DNA from: Gemmatimonadaceae bacterium
Lineage (GTDB): Bacteria > Gemmatimonadota > Gemmatimonadetes > Gemmatimonadales > Gemmatimonadaceae
Direction: 5' to 3'
DNA: 64,000 nucleotides
Assembly: GCA_045803545.1 (NCBI GenBank)
Contig: JBJMOW010000004.1
Span: forward strand, 192,001-256,000
Below the pieces are notes generated by a model. The model did no database searches and was not told where the DNA came from. It saw only the letters and a program-made list of their open reading frames with translations. Position numbers and translations under genes: made by a program. Shown piece by piece: positions 1 to 10,142 of the stretch. Within the stretch, counting starts at the first letter, position 1; every line of letters begins with the position of its first letter.

Positions 1-179
1 ATCGCATTACGCTCGCGGGTTGATACCTGGAGCAGGTAGATGCGATCGAGAAAGCGGTGGAAGCTCGCGCCCTCGGTGTCGAGTGCAAGCTCTTTGACGT
101 CCGAGATTTCGTTTAGAAAACGCTCGACTTCCGCAGGCTTGTCGAGGTAGAGTGCGGTTTCGCTGTTCACAACGGGCAT
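1..179 (-). CDS. rnd: Ribonuclease D, N-terminal part (runs off the window start)
   Basis: Manual minus-strand translation from ATG at 179: MPVVNSETALYLDKPAEVERFLNEISDVKELALDTEGASFHRFLDRIYLLQVSTRE. Contains the DEDDy ExoI motif ALDTE followed by RIYLLQ. Not in the ORF track because it is truncated. Confidence 0.8.
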   Translation of the reverse strand, partial: MPVVNSETALYLDKPAEVERFLNEISDVKELALDTEGASFHRFLDRIYLLQVSTRERNA

Positions 180-292
180 TCGCGAAATCTAAGTGTGCGA
201 ATGGTGCGGGACGCCGGCTCATCCTCGACAAAGTCTCTGAAACGCGAAATCGGCGTTAGTTTTCGACCCGACACCCATCACACCGTAGCCAA

Positions 293-712
293 ATGCCACA
301 GGACTTTCAGGTCCACATCTATCCGAGCGACTGCGATTCGGTCGGCCACGTCAATCACGCTCACCTGCTCACCCTACTCGAGCGCGCTCGCTGGTCGGCT
401 CTCGAACGGCACATGTCGTACGAGGAATACATGCGGACTAGCCTGTGGGCAGTCGTCCGTAAAGTTGAAGCATCCTACTCGGCACAGGTTTTCCCCGGAG
501 ACGACCTGACCATCCGTACCGGACTTCTCTCCGTCGGCAACACCAGCTTCATCGTGCGGCAGGTAGTCCAGAATAAACGGGGCGTCGTTGTCTGCGACGC
601 ATCGATCGTCTACGTGACTGTTTCGACGGACGGGAAGCCTATTCCCGTGCCCGATCAGTGGCGCACGCTGTTCTCGCCATGGGAAGAGTCGGAGGCAGCT
701 AACACGCGATGA
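293..712 (+). CDS. Acyl-CoA thioesterase, 4HBT/YbgC hot-dog family
   Basis: DCDSVGHVNHAHLLTLLERAR matches the D-x-x-G-H-V-N motif; 139 aa. Confidence 0.85.
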   Translation: MPQDFQVHIYPSDCDSVGHVNHAHLLTLLERARWSALERHMSYEEYMRTSLWAVVRKVEASYSAQVFPGDDLTIRTGLLSVGNTSFIVRQVVQNKRGVVVCDASIVYVTVSTDGKPIPVPDQWRTLFSPWEESEAANTR

Positions 713-737
713 ACGGTCGCGACCCCGGATTGGCAAC

Positions 738-1394
738 GTGACCCAACCGACCGAAGTACGCCCGCCGGTGAGCGCGACCGAGGTCTCCGCGCCGGCTCGT
801 ATCGGTGCCGTTCTCTTCCGACACCGAGGGTGGCTACCGATCCTGTTCCTCGGCATCCCGCTGGTCGCTCCGGGAACGATGTCCCCGTTCAGATGGGAAG
901 TAGGTTTGGTGCTGATTGCACTTGGAGAACTGGTGCGACTCGCGGGAGTCGCAGCCGCCGGCACGGTTACGCGACGTCGTTCTCGCAACGTGCAGCGACT
1001 CGTTACGTATGGGATTTTCGCGTGGGTGAGGAACCCGCTCTACATCGGCAACTTCCTAGCTTGGATGGGATTCGTCACCATCTCCGGCGTGTTGTGGTTC
1101 CTGCCGTTCGCGATTCTACTGTTCGCGCTGGAGTATGAGCTGATCGTTCGCTACGAAGAGGGAGTGCTGGAATCGATCTTCGGGCGCGAGTATCTCGATT
1201 ACAAAACGTGCACCCCGCGCTGGATCCCTCGGCCACCGAAGGGAGAGCAAGAGAAGGGTGAATACCATTGGGGCGAAGCGGTGCGCAGTGAGATCAGCAC
1301 CTTTCTCCAGTACATCGTGCTGTTACTGGCACTTTGGATCAAATCGAAAGTCTATGTCCAGGCGGGGGTAACGGGTTTCATCAAAAGCTTCTGA
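738..1394 (+). CDS. Isoprenylcysteine carboxylmethyltransferase / PEMT family membrane protein
   Basis: LVTYGIFAWVRNPLYIG and EEGVLESIFGREYLDY...PRWIP motifs; several TM segments. Confidence 0.85.
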   Translation: MTQPTEVRPPVSATEVSAPARIGAVLFRHRGWLPILFLGIPLVAPGTMSPFRWEVGLVLIALGELVRLAGVAAAGTVTRRRSRNVQRLVTYGIFAWVRNPLYIGNFLAWMGFVTISGVLWFLPFAILLFALEYELIVRYEEGVLESIFGREYLDYKTCTPRWIPRPPKGEQEKGEYHWGEAVRSEISTFLQYIVLLLALWIKSKVYVQAGVTGFIKSF

Positions 1395-1431
1395 CCGAGG
1401 CCCGATGACTAAGGGCATCGTGCCTCAGTCT

Positions 1432-1641
1432 TCAGCTGCCAGCCTTCGAGCGACACTCGACGCACACAACTCTCTCGCCTGAAAACCGCGCTCGGATTCT
1501 GTCCCAGAACGATCCGTAGAGATCGTTACCGCACAGCGAGCGCTTGCAGTTGCCACAAACACCGCCCTGCCCAGCTCTGAAAAACACGCCGCATTTGTCG
1601 CACTGCCACGTGTAAGTGGATTTGCGGAAAACGGCTGGCAC
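1432..1641 (-). CDS. Small Cys-rich putative zinc-finger protein (69 aa)
   Basis: GTG at 1641 overlaps the TAG of the upstream gene. Contains CDKC, CGNC, a lone C and CVEC. Confidence 0.6.
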   Translation of the reverse strand: MPAVFRKSTYTWQCDKCGVFFRAGQGGVCGNCKRSLCGNDLYGSFWDRIRARFSGERVVCVECRSKAGS

Positions 1642-2498
1642 TACACGATGGCGAGCGTCTGCGCGCCACTCCACGACAAGCCGGGCTTGAGCTCCACTGG
1701 AGATCCGATCTGCGCCGCTTCGATGCAGACCATGCGCAGATAGTCCTCGGTGTCGAGCCCGATGAAGCCGGTGACTTTCTCCAACCACGGGTTCCAGACG
1801 ACCGCATCCTTGAATCCAGTCGCGCGAATCTCAACCCGTCGCTCGTTGCCGCGATCTTCTACTTCCACTTTCTTCGGCGCCTTCAGATAAACCCGGTCGG
1901 TCTCATCGGAAACGACGAGTTTTTTGGCCTCGTCTTTTGTCTCGTTGCCGCCTTGAGTCTTATCCAGGTACCACTTGCCGGTGAATCCGCGAATCGCAGT
2001 CTCTCGAATGTCCGCGACCGCGATATAGGTGTGCAGAGCGGCGGTAAAGGTAAAAATCTCGTCACCGGTATTGAATGCGGACAATTCGACGGTGAGCGAC
2101 TTTTCATCGATCGAGACTTTCAACTCCGTGCGAAAGTGATACGGCCACAGCTCCCGGGTGCGGTGATCATCCGTCAGCTGCAAAGTCACTGATGATTGGT
2201 TCTCGTTTTCTCCATCGGGCGTCTCGACGAGCTGCCACTCGCTCTTACGGGCAAATCCGTGCTGCGGCAAACCGCCGAGATTGGCGAATTGAGGCCATAT
2301 CACCGGAATGCCGCCGCGAATCGGATCGCCGGCGGCAAACGTCGCTCTCTTGCCCATGAACAGCACCTCCTGTCCGCCGCCAGGAATCCACGACGTTACG
2401 TGAGCGCCATTGAGATAGATGTCAGCCGAGCTGCCCGACGGATGCGAAAGCAAAACCGTCGGCAGTCCGTTCTTTCCGGGAACGATTGGTGGGGTCAT
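1641..2498 (-). CDS. D-hexose-6-phosphate mutarotase (glucose-6-phosphate 1-epimerase, YeaD-like)
   Basis: GAHVTSW, IRGGIPVIWPQF, QHGFAR, ALHTY, VVWNPW and MVCIE motifs. Confidence 0.9.
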   Translation of the reverse strand: MTPPIVPGKNGLPTVLLSHPSGSSADIYLNGAHVTSWIPGGGQEVLFMGKRATFAAGDPIRGGIPVIWPQFANLGGLPQHGFARKSEWQLVETPDGENENQSSVTLQLTDDHRTRELWPYHFRTELKVSIDEKSLTVELSAFNTGDEIFTFTAALHTYIAVADIRETAIRGFTGKWYLDKTQGGNETKDEAKKLVVSDETDRVYLKAPKKVEVEDRGNERRVEIRATGFKDAVVWNPWLEKVTGFIGLDTEDYLRMVCIEAAQIGSPVELKPGLSWSGAQTLAIV

Positions 2499-2548
2499 TA
2501 ATCAGATATTGATTGCCGAGCACCGGGTTCGCCAGCCGCTCGGAGCTA

Positions 2549-2812
2549 CTACCGGTTGGGCCGTCCCGGAGGATTCGGAGACTTGAAGACGTCCCGGTTG
2601 ATCTGGATATACTCCTTCATGTTCGCCGGCACATCCTCTTCCGGAAAAATCGCCGTAACCGGACACTCCGGCTCGCATGCCCCGCAATCGATGCATTCGT
2701 CGGGGTGGATGAAGAGCTGGTCCGCTCCCTCGTAAATGCAGTCGACGGGACACACGTCGACACAAGCGCGGTCCTTCGTGTTCTTGCACGCTTCGGTTAT
2801 GATGTAGGGCAT
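2549..2812 (-). CDS. 7Fe-type ([3Fe-4S]/[4Fe-4S]) ferredoxin
   Basis: MPYIITEAC-x7-CVDVCPVDC...CIDCGACEPECP; start trimmed to ATG at 2812. Confidence 0.92.
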   Translation of the reverse strand: MPYIITEACKNTKDRACVDVCPVDCIYEGADQLFIHPDECIDCGACEPECPVTAIFPEEDVPANMKEYIQINRDVFKSPNPPGRPNR

Positions 2813-2950
2813 CTCAGTCCGATTTTGCGGCGCCGAACGAGAGAACGACGAGCGCCGACGATTCCTTGGCGAAAAATAGAGTCGCTGCCTCCAATCGCAA
2901 CAGTGAGCGAGGCACATTCCGGCCCGCCGACGGCGTTCGATGCACGTAGT

Positions 2951-3259
2951 CTACCGTTTGATAATGCCGAGTAACACGCCAAGTGCGAAGAGCGCGATGA
3001 TCGAAAGCACGGTGATGACCAGCCGGCGTCGGGTTCTCACCACGGCTGACCAGACCTCTTCGTCGAGATAGTACGTGCCGGGAGCCGCCTCACGGATGAC
3101 TGCGCGATTGTGCAGTCGCTTGATCGCCAGGGATTGCCCGAATCCCATCGCCTGATAGGACTGTGCGCGATCAGGCGACGTCGCGCCCGCGGCGCGAAAG
3201 TCGTCGATCACTTCCTGCTCGCGCCTTCTGAGAATCGCAGCTACCGCCGGTGCGCCCAT
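2951..3259 (-). CDS. Hypothetical protein with C-terminal TM anchor
   Basis: Follows yhbY after a 4-nt gap; hydrophobic C-terminus. Confidence 0.65.
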   Translation of the reverse strand: MGAPAVAAILRRREQEVIDDFRAAGATSPDRAQSYQAMGFGQSLAIKRLHNRAVIREAAPGTYYLDEEVWSAVVRTRRRLVITVLSIIALFALGVLLGIIKR

Positions 3260-3263
3260 TTTA

Positions 3264-3568
3264 CTACCTCCGCCAGGGCGGCAATTCGCCGCGGTTTTTC
3301 GTGATCTCCGGATTCTCGCGAAACAGCGTCGCGGTACGCCCGATCACTTGCACTATGTCGGATTTCGTCGCCAGCGCCAGTGACTCCGCAACATCCTTCG
3401 GTTTGATCTGGTCGTCCTTGAAACCGAGCTTCACCTTCACCAGCTCGCGCGTGCGGAGAGCGTCGTCGAGCGAAGTAATCACCGCCGGCGTGAGCCCGTG
3501 CTGACCGACATGCACCGTCGGATCCAGGTGGTGCGCCTCCGCTCTCAGCTCTGCGCGCTCTTTGCCCT

Positions 3569-3572
<4 letters not shown>
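3264..3572 (-). CDS. yhbY: YhbY / CRM-domain RNA-binding protein
   Basis: ERAELRAEAHHLDPTVHVGQHG, ELVKVK, VQVIGRTATLFR; TTG start overlaps the upstream TGA. Confidence 0.9.
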
Positions 3573-5748
<2,176 letters not shown>

Positions 5749-5799
5749 CCAATATATACGCGCTGCGAGACATTCGACCTCACAATCACCGAGGTAGCT

Positions 5800-6234
5800 A
5801 TGGCCATGAATATCAAGAAGGTCGTAGTAGGAGGAATTGTTGCAGGGGTAATCCTCAACGTCGTCGATTTCATCGCGAACTACGCACTCGGCGCGCGAAT
5901 GAGGGCAGAAGCCGAAGCCTTCAAGCCAGGTGTCAGCGATCAGATGATGGCGGGTAATGCCGTCATCAGTTACGTGATCATGGATCTCGTGTTGGGAATC
6001 GCGCTCGTGTTTGCGTACGCGGGATTTCGTCCGCGATTCGGACCCGGTCCGCGCACCGCTGTTTACGTCGCGCTCCTCTTCTGGCTGCTGGGCCTCATTT
6101 TCAACGCCGGCTATCGCCAGATGGGAATGATGTCGGCGGGGCTGTGGTGGACGTTCGCGATAATCTGGCTTGTGAGCTTCTCCATCGCCTCGTGGGCAGG
6201 AGCCGCGGTCTATAGCGAGGAGAACGCCGCTTAG
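5800..6234 (+). CDS. Hypothetical 4-TM membrane protein
   Basis: GAGG SD; four hydrophobic segments; RPRFGPGPRTA loop. Confidence 0.75.
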   Translation: MAMNIKKVVVGGIVAGVILNVVDFIANYALGARMRAEAEAFKPGVSDQMMAGNAVISYVIMDLVLGIALVFAYAGFRPRFGPGPRTAVYVALLFWLLGLIFNAGYRQMGMMSAGLWWTFAIIWLVSFSIASWAGAAVYSEENAA

Positions 6235-6328
6235 CGGGAGGTGGTTGGCGAGAGGCGGGAGACCGAAGGCGAGGCGTAGGCTGGGTGTAAGGTTGGTGCC
6301 GACGGCTGTCCGCAGTCGTCAATTGGAT

Positions 6329-6490
6329 ATGGGGAAATTGTTTGGGTTCATCGGTGCGACGGTCGGCAGCTATGCGGGCTGGTTCCTCGGCGCGAGAGTC
6401 GGCATCACTACGGCAGTCATGCTGAGTTTTGTCGGTACTGGCGTCGGTATTTACTACGGCCGCAAGATCGCCAACAATTACGAGACATAG
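6329..6490 (+). CDS. Small Gly-rich membrane protein (53 aa)
   Basis: MGKLFGFIGATVGSYAGWFLG...; two TM-like helices; followed by a terminator. Confidence 0.65.
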   Translation: MGKLFGFIGATVGSYAGWFLGARVGITTAVMLSFVGTGVGIYYGRKIANNYET

Positions 6491-6506
6491 TCGCCACGAC
6501 AGGAAG

Positions 6507-6540
6507 AAAAAAAAGGCGCGCTCGTCTGAGCGCGCCTTTT
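6507..6540. terminator. Bidirectional intrinsic terminator
   Basis: A8-GGCGCGCTC-GTCT-GAGCGCGCC-T4 between convergent genes. Confidence 0.85.
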
Positions 6541-6559
6541 CCATTTGCGGTTATCTCGA

Positions 6560-7486
6560 TCAGACCGACTGCTGCACTACCATCGGTTGGTTCAGCTTGA
6601 TCGCGATGCGACCGCCGTTGGGAACGCAGCCATCGTACTTGCCAGTCGCGCCGGCGACGATTGCGCCCGCCGCCGCACCGCCAGCCGCGCCGATCACAGT
6701 CGACTTGGTGTGGTGCCCGAAGATCTGCCCCGCGATAGCGCCGATAACGGCGCCGGTTGCGACTTTCTTGGCGTCATTGCTGGCGTCGCCGTTGCGCACC
6801 TTGTCGACCTGCGCCGACGTGACAGTCGAATTCACGGCGTAGGTCTTACCGTTGAAGGCAATAGACTTCACCGCGAATTCCATCTCGATGTTGTCGTTTG
6901 CATTCTCGCTGCGCTTGACAGCGGTGACTTCGATCACCGCGGTTGCGCCTGCCGGAATTGCGACACCGTTCGATCCCTGGACCGACTCGGCGACGTTAGC
7001 GGTGAAGCGATCGCCAATCTGATAAGTGTTGGTGCAAACGCGCTGACCGGCGAAAAGCGAAATCTCGGATCCGGTGGCGATGGTGCCGACAGCACCTTCT
7101 TTAGAGGCGCCAGTCGTAGCGGTCTCAGTAACCGTGTTTCCGTTGGACGTAGTGACAGGTGTGTTGACGGGCGCTGTCGTTGGATTCGTCGCGACGCGGC
7201 GAGGATTTCTGCTCGGCGTGAGAATCTCGGCCGGAGTCTGCCGCTTGGCGACACGAGGAGCCTGAGTCGTCGGAGTCTCAGCGGGCGTGACAGTCACCGG
7301 AACGTCCTTGAGCTGAGGCTGCGCAGCGCTGTCGGCGTTCGCAAGCTGGAGATCGTGAGCGAGGGAGGTGTCCTGAGCGAGCGCGTCTTCTGGCTTGTCG
7401 CCCTGCTTGCAGGCACCGAGTGCCAGCGTAAATGCAAAGAGGACCGGAGTAGCGATCCTCGAGAAAGTGGTTTTGGTCATAGTCAT
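6560..7486 (-). CDS. Lipoprotein with Pro/Thr linker and C-terminal glycine-zipper domain
   Basis: Lipobox LGAC; C-terminal GAVIGAIAG...GAAGGAAAG; start trimmed to ATG 7486 (7480 also possible). Confidence 0.8.
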   Translation of the reverse strand: MTMTKTTFSRIATPVLFAFTLALGACKQGDKPEDALAQDTSLAHDLQLANADSAAQPQLKDVPVTVTPAETPTTQAPRVAKRQTPAEILTPSRNPRRVATNPTTAPVNTPVTTSNGNTVTETATTGASKEGAVGTIATGSEISLFAGQRVCTNTYQIGDRFTANVAESVQGSNGVAIPAGATAVIEVTAVKRSENANDNIEMEFAVKSIAFNGKTYAVNSTVTSAQVDKVRNGDASNDAKKVATGAVIGAIAGQIFGHHTKSTVIGAAGGAAAGAIVAGATGKYDGCVPNGGRIAIKLNQPMVVQQSV

Positions 7487-7496
7487 CTCGGGAACT

Positions 7497-7532
7497 AAAA
7501 AGGGATGCAGTCTCATCACAGACCGCATCCCT
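7497..7532 (-). terminator. Intrinsic terminator or attenuator between two lipoprotein genes
   Basis: Minus strand AGGGATGCGGTCT-GTGATG-AGACTGCATCCCT-TTTT. Confidence 0.6.
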
Positions 7533-7548
7533 CTTTACGCTCTAGGAG

Positions 7549-8208
7549 TTAGTAACGTGGGGCACGGCTGATTGGATTACCGCCAACGCTGATACCAGAT
7601 CTGCTAATTCCGCCGATTCTGCCGCCGCCCGGAATGGGAAACGGGATCCTCTGGTTGATCGAGCCGCGAGTGTGCCGGCCATCAGTGCGAGGATCGCAGT
7701 TGTCGACGTCGCCGCCGACTACACCACCACGAATCACCGCGCCGAGGATCGTGCCGAGGACAGCGCCAACACCGGAACCACCACTGCTCACGCGCCCATC
7801 GTCACCACCAGACGACGAACCGCTCGGATAGGATACCGCGACAGGTTGCGGACGCGGCGACACCGGAGTCGGATCGACTGGTGCGGGAGCGACTGACTGC
7901 TCCTCTGTAGTCTGCGCGACAGTCGCGGGCGCCTTGGTTCTGACAACCTGAGGCGGCGACTTCGGAGCAGGCTTATGAGTTCTCGCGCGAGTCGTTGGAG
8001 TCTGCTGACGAGCAGGCGGAGTCGTCCGCTCGATCGCGGAGACAACCTGTTGGCCCGCGTTCGGAGAGCTGTTTGCAAGGGTGATCCCATCGGACGAGGA
8101 GGCGAGCTCCAGGTCTTTCTTGAGATCATCATTCATCGCTGTCTTCTTGTCTGCACTGCAAGCAGCGAGAACCGCAGCTCCAGCAAGCAACAGATAAGTC
8201 TTTCTCAT
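7549..8208 (-). CDS. Lipoprotein, Pro/Gly-rich, unknown function
   Basis: MRKTYLLLAGAAVLAAC lipobox; AAGGAG SD. Confidence 0.8.
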   Translation of the reverse strand: MRKTYLLLAGAAVLAACSADKKTAMNDDLKKDLELASSSDGITLANSSPNAGQQVVSAIERTTPPARQQTPTTRARTHKPAPKSPPQVVRTKAPATVAQTTEEQSVAPAPVDPTPVSPRPQPVAVSYPSGSSSGGDDGRVSSGGSGVGAVLGTILGAVIRGGVVGGDVDNCDPRTDGRHTRGSINQRIPFPIPGGGRIGGISRSGISVGGNPISRAPRY

Positions 8209-8297
8209 AAAAACTCCTTTCCCACGACTGGGTATAACTCTCTCGAGTCGTATACACCGGCGAAAAACATATGGTTCGCGCCGGTGCCATCTATATA

Positions 8298-8314
8298 GGC
8301 AACCTGGACGCCGA
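8298..8314 (-). promoter_or_regulatory. Possible sigma54 (-24/-12) promoter
   Basis: Minus strand TCGGCGTCCAGGTTGCC gives GG-N10-GC with TTGC, about 90 nt upstream of the lipoprotein gene. Confidence 0.4.
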
Positions 8315-8486
8315 TGATTATCTCGTGTTTTGAGGACTTAACTCTCGATTTTCCTAGAGCGTGTCACCGGCGATGGACACGCCTTGTCTCGGTAGTGAGA
8401 CGACGGCTTTTCGTAAGACACTTCGGATCCGAGATCCACTATGCGGGAACTCGCGTCCAGCTACGATCTCGCCTAGGTTCGCCAGG

Positions 8487-9038
8487 ATGAAACACGCGCT
8501 CCTTTACGTGATCGCAATCGCAGCTCTGCTCGGCTGCCAGCAGCGAAGCGCGACGGACATGACCGCCAGCGAACAGAAAGCGGTCGCCGATTCTCTCAAG
8601 AAGCTCGTGGTCAGTGCGTATGACTTATCGAAACCAGATCCCGTTAAGAGTCTGATGAGTCTTTATCCCGACAGCGGGCGGGTGATCTCGGCCAGTGGCG
8701 GCGTCGTGACGACTACTCGCCCTCAGCTCGAGCAGGGGATCAAAGCGTTCTGGGGGTATGTCGGCCAGAACATGAAAAACCCGAAATGGGAATGGACGTC
8801 AATGAACGTCGATGTGCTCGCCCCCGACGCAGCGGTGATGACGAGCACATATCGCGTCCCGCACCAGACGCCGACCGGGATGAATCACGTTATCGGCGGT
8901 GCGTGGACAGCTGTATTTCAGAATCGCGGAGGTCGCTGGGTGGTCATCCAGGAGCACCTGTCTGACGTACAGAGCAATCTTAATTTGCAGATGCAGGACA
9001 CCATGCCAGGCATGGTCATGCCCCACAGCAACCCCTGA
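8487..9038 (+). CDS. NTF2/SnoaL-like (DUF4440-type) lipoprotein
   Basis: MKHALLYVIAIAALLGC lipobox; VLAPDAAV...WTAVFQNRGGRWVVIQEHLS. Confidence 0.8.
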   Translation: MKHALLYVIAIAALLGCQQRSATDMTASEQKAVADSLKKLVVSAYDLSKPDPVKSLMSLYPDSGRVISASGGVVTTTRPQLEQGIKAFWGYVGQNMKNPKWEWTSMNVDVLAPDAAVMTSTYRVPHQTPTGMNHVIGGAWTAVFQNRGGRWVVIQEHLSDVQSNLNLQMQDTMPGMVMPHSNP

Positions 9039-9041
9039 GCG

Positions 9042-9254
9042 TTACTCCCCCATCTCTCCGCCCGAAGAGACAGATGACTTGAGCTGCTGGCTCATCTCGG
9101 CTTCGCCGCTGATGATCGAGCGCCAAGTCAGCTCGGGTCCCCTTCGGAAGCCCTTCTGGGTGACCTTAACTCCCTCTGGCGAAATGGCGACCATGTAGGG
9201 TTTGCCGTCGATCTCGATTTCCCGCTTCAGCGTCTTTTCGAGTTTTGTAGCCAT
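9042..9254 (-). CDS. Small hypothetical protein
   Basis: GGAGG SD; MATKLEKTLKREIEIDGKPY... reads as a normal protein. Confidence 0.7.
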   Translation of the reverse strand: MATKLEKTLKREIEIDGKPYMVAISPEGVKVTQKGFRRGPELTWRSIISGEAEMSQQLKSSVSSGGEMGE

Positions 9255-9405
9255 GCCCCCTCCGGGGAGTTGGGTTAGTCGTTGAGGGTATAATACGCGC
9301 CCCGGGCTCCGCCAACGAGCCCCCCGGCCTAGGTTGGCACCCTGTTAGGCGCGGCTAATGTAGCCTCATCAGTAGTTCATTCGTCTTTAGGAACACGGAG
9401 ATCGA

Positions 9406-9918
9406 ATGGCTGCAATGCCTTTACAGGCCCCGGGCGACGACAGCGCCCACCTCATATACGAGTTCGAGCGCCGCGCCTACCCGGTCAGGAATTCTTTACT
9501 GACGATTGGCCGCGATGCCGCGAGTCATATCCTCATTCGTGAGCCGGCAGTATCGCGCAACCACGCCGAGCTGCGTCTCGAGGATGGCAAGTTCGTAATT
9601 CATCCGTGTGGAGTTAATCCGACGCTGGTCAACGGCAGTGTGCTCGCGGAGCCTCGGTCGCTGTCCGAAGGTGACAAGGTCGCTGTCGGCTCGGCCCTCT
9701 TCACGTTTACGACGCAGCGACTGCCGTTGGGTGTAGCTGTGATCGATCCGGCAACAGCGACGAAGCGCGAGAAAGACATCAGCACGCGTCGCAACACGAT
9801 CAAGCATCCGATCCTTGCCAGCGATCTCGATCCCGATTCGCCGCGCCGGGTTCCGACCAACATCATCATTGGCGCAATCGCGGTGATCGTCGTGATTCTC
9901 TACCTGCTCGGCCGATAG
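9406..9918 (+). CDS. FHA-domain protein with C-terminal TM anchor
   Basis: LTIGR, VSRNHA, NPTLVNG and LSEGDKV motifs. Confidence 0.88.
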   Translation: MAAMPLQAPGDDSAHLIYEFERRAYPVRNSLLTIGRDAASHILIREPAVSRNHAELRLEDGKFVIHPCGVNPTLVNGSVLAEPRSLSEGDKVAVGSALFTFTTQRLPLGVAVIDPATATKREKDISTRRNTIKHPILASDLDPDSPRRVPTNIIIGAIAVIVVILYLLGR

Positions 9919-9920
9919 CC

Positions 9921-10142
9921 GACTGCGGACTGCGGACTGAAAAGCGCACTACCGCGCTGGTAGCTGTTAGCAGCTACCTGATAGCTATCGCTGCAGGCGA
10001 CGGGACAGGCGTCCTTCGCATTCGCACCCACAACCGGCTTTTCCTCAGGATGGTCGCGACCTGTCCCGTTGCAGGCAGCAATCAGCTAACAGCCTGCTGC
10101 TATCAGCTATCAGCGAGGTAGTTCGCATTTAAGTCCGCAGTC
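9921..10142. repeat. Long imperfect inverted repeat (arms about 80 bp) filling a convergent intergenic gap
   Basis: Left arm 9928-10009 aligns with the reverse complement of 10060-10142; termini GACTGCGGACT / AGTCCGCAGTC. Confidence 0.85.

Noticed and set aside
6545..7498. 317-aa plus-strand ORF and many similar long antisense ORFs (e.g. 4942-5682, 49601-50461, 61917-62648)
   Set aside because: Shadow ORFs opposite well-supported genes, expected in high-GC DNA; Arg-rich and without motifs.
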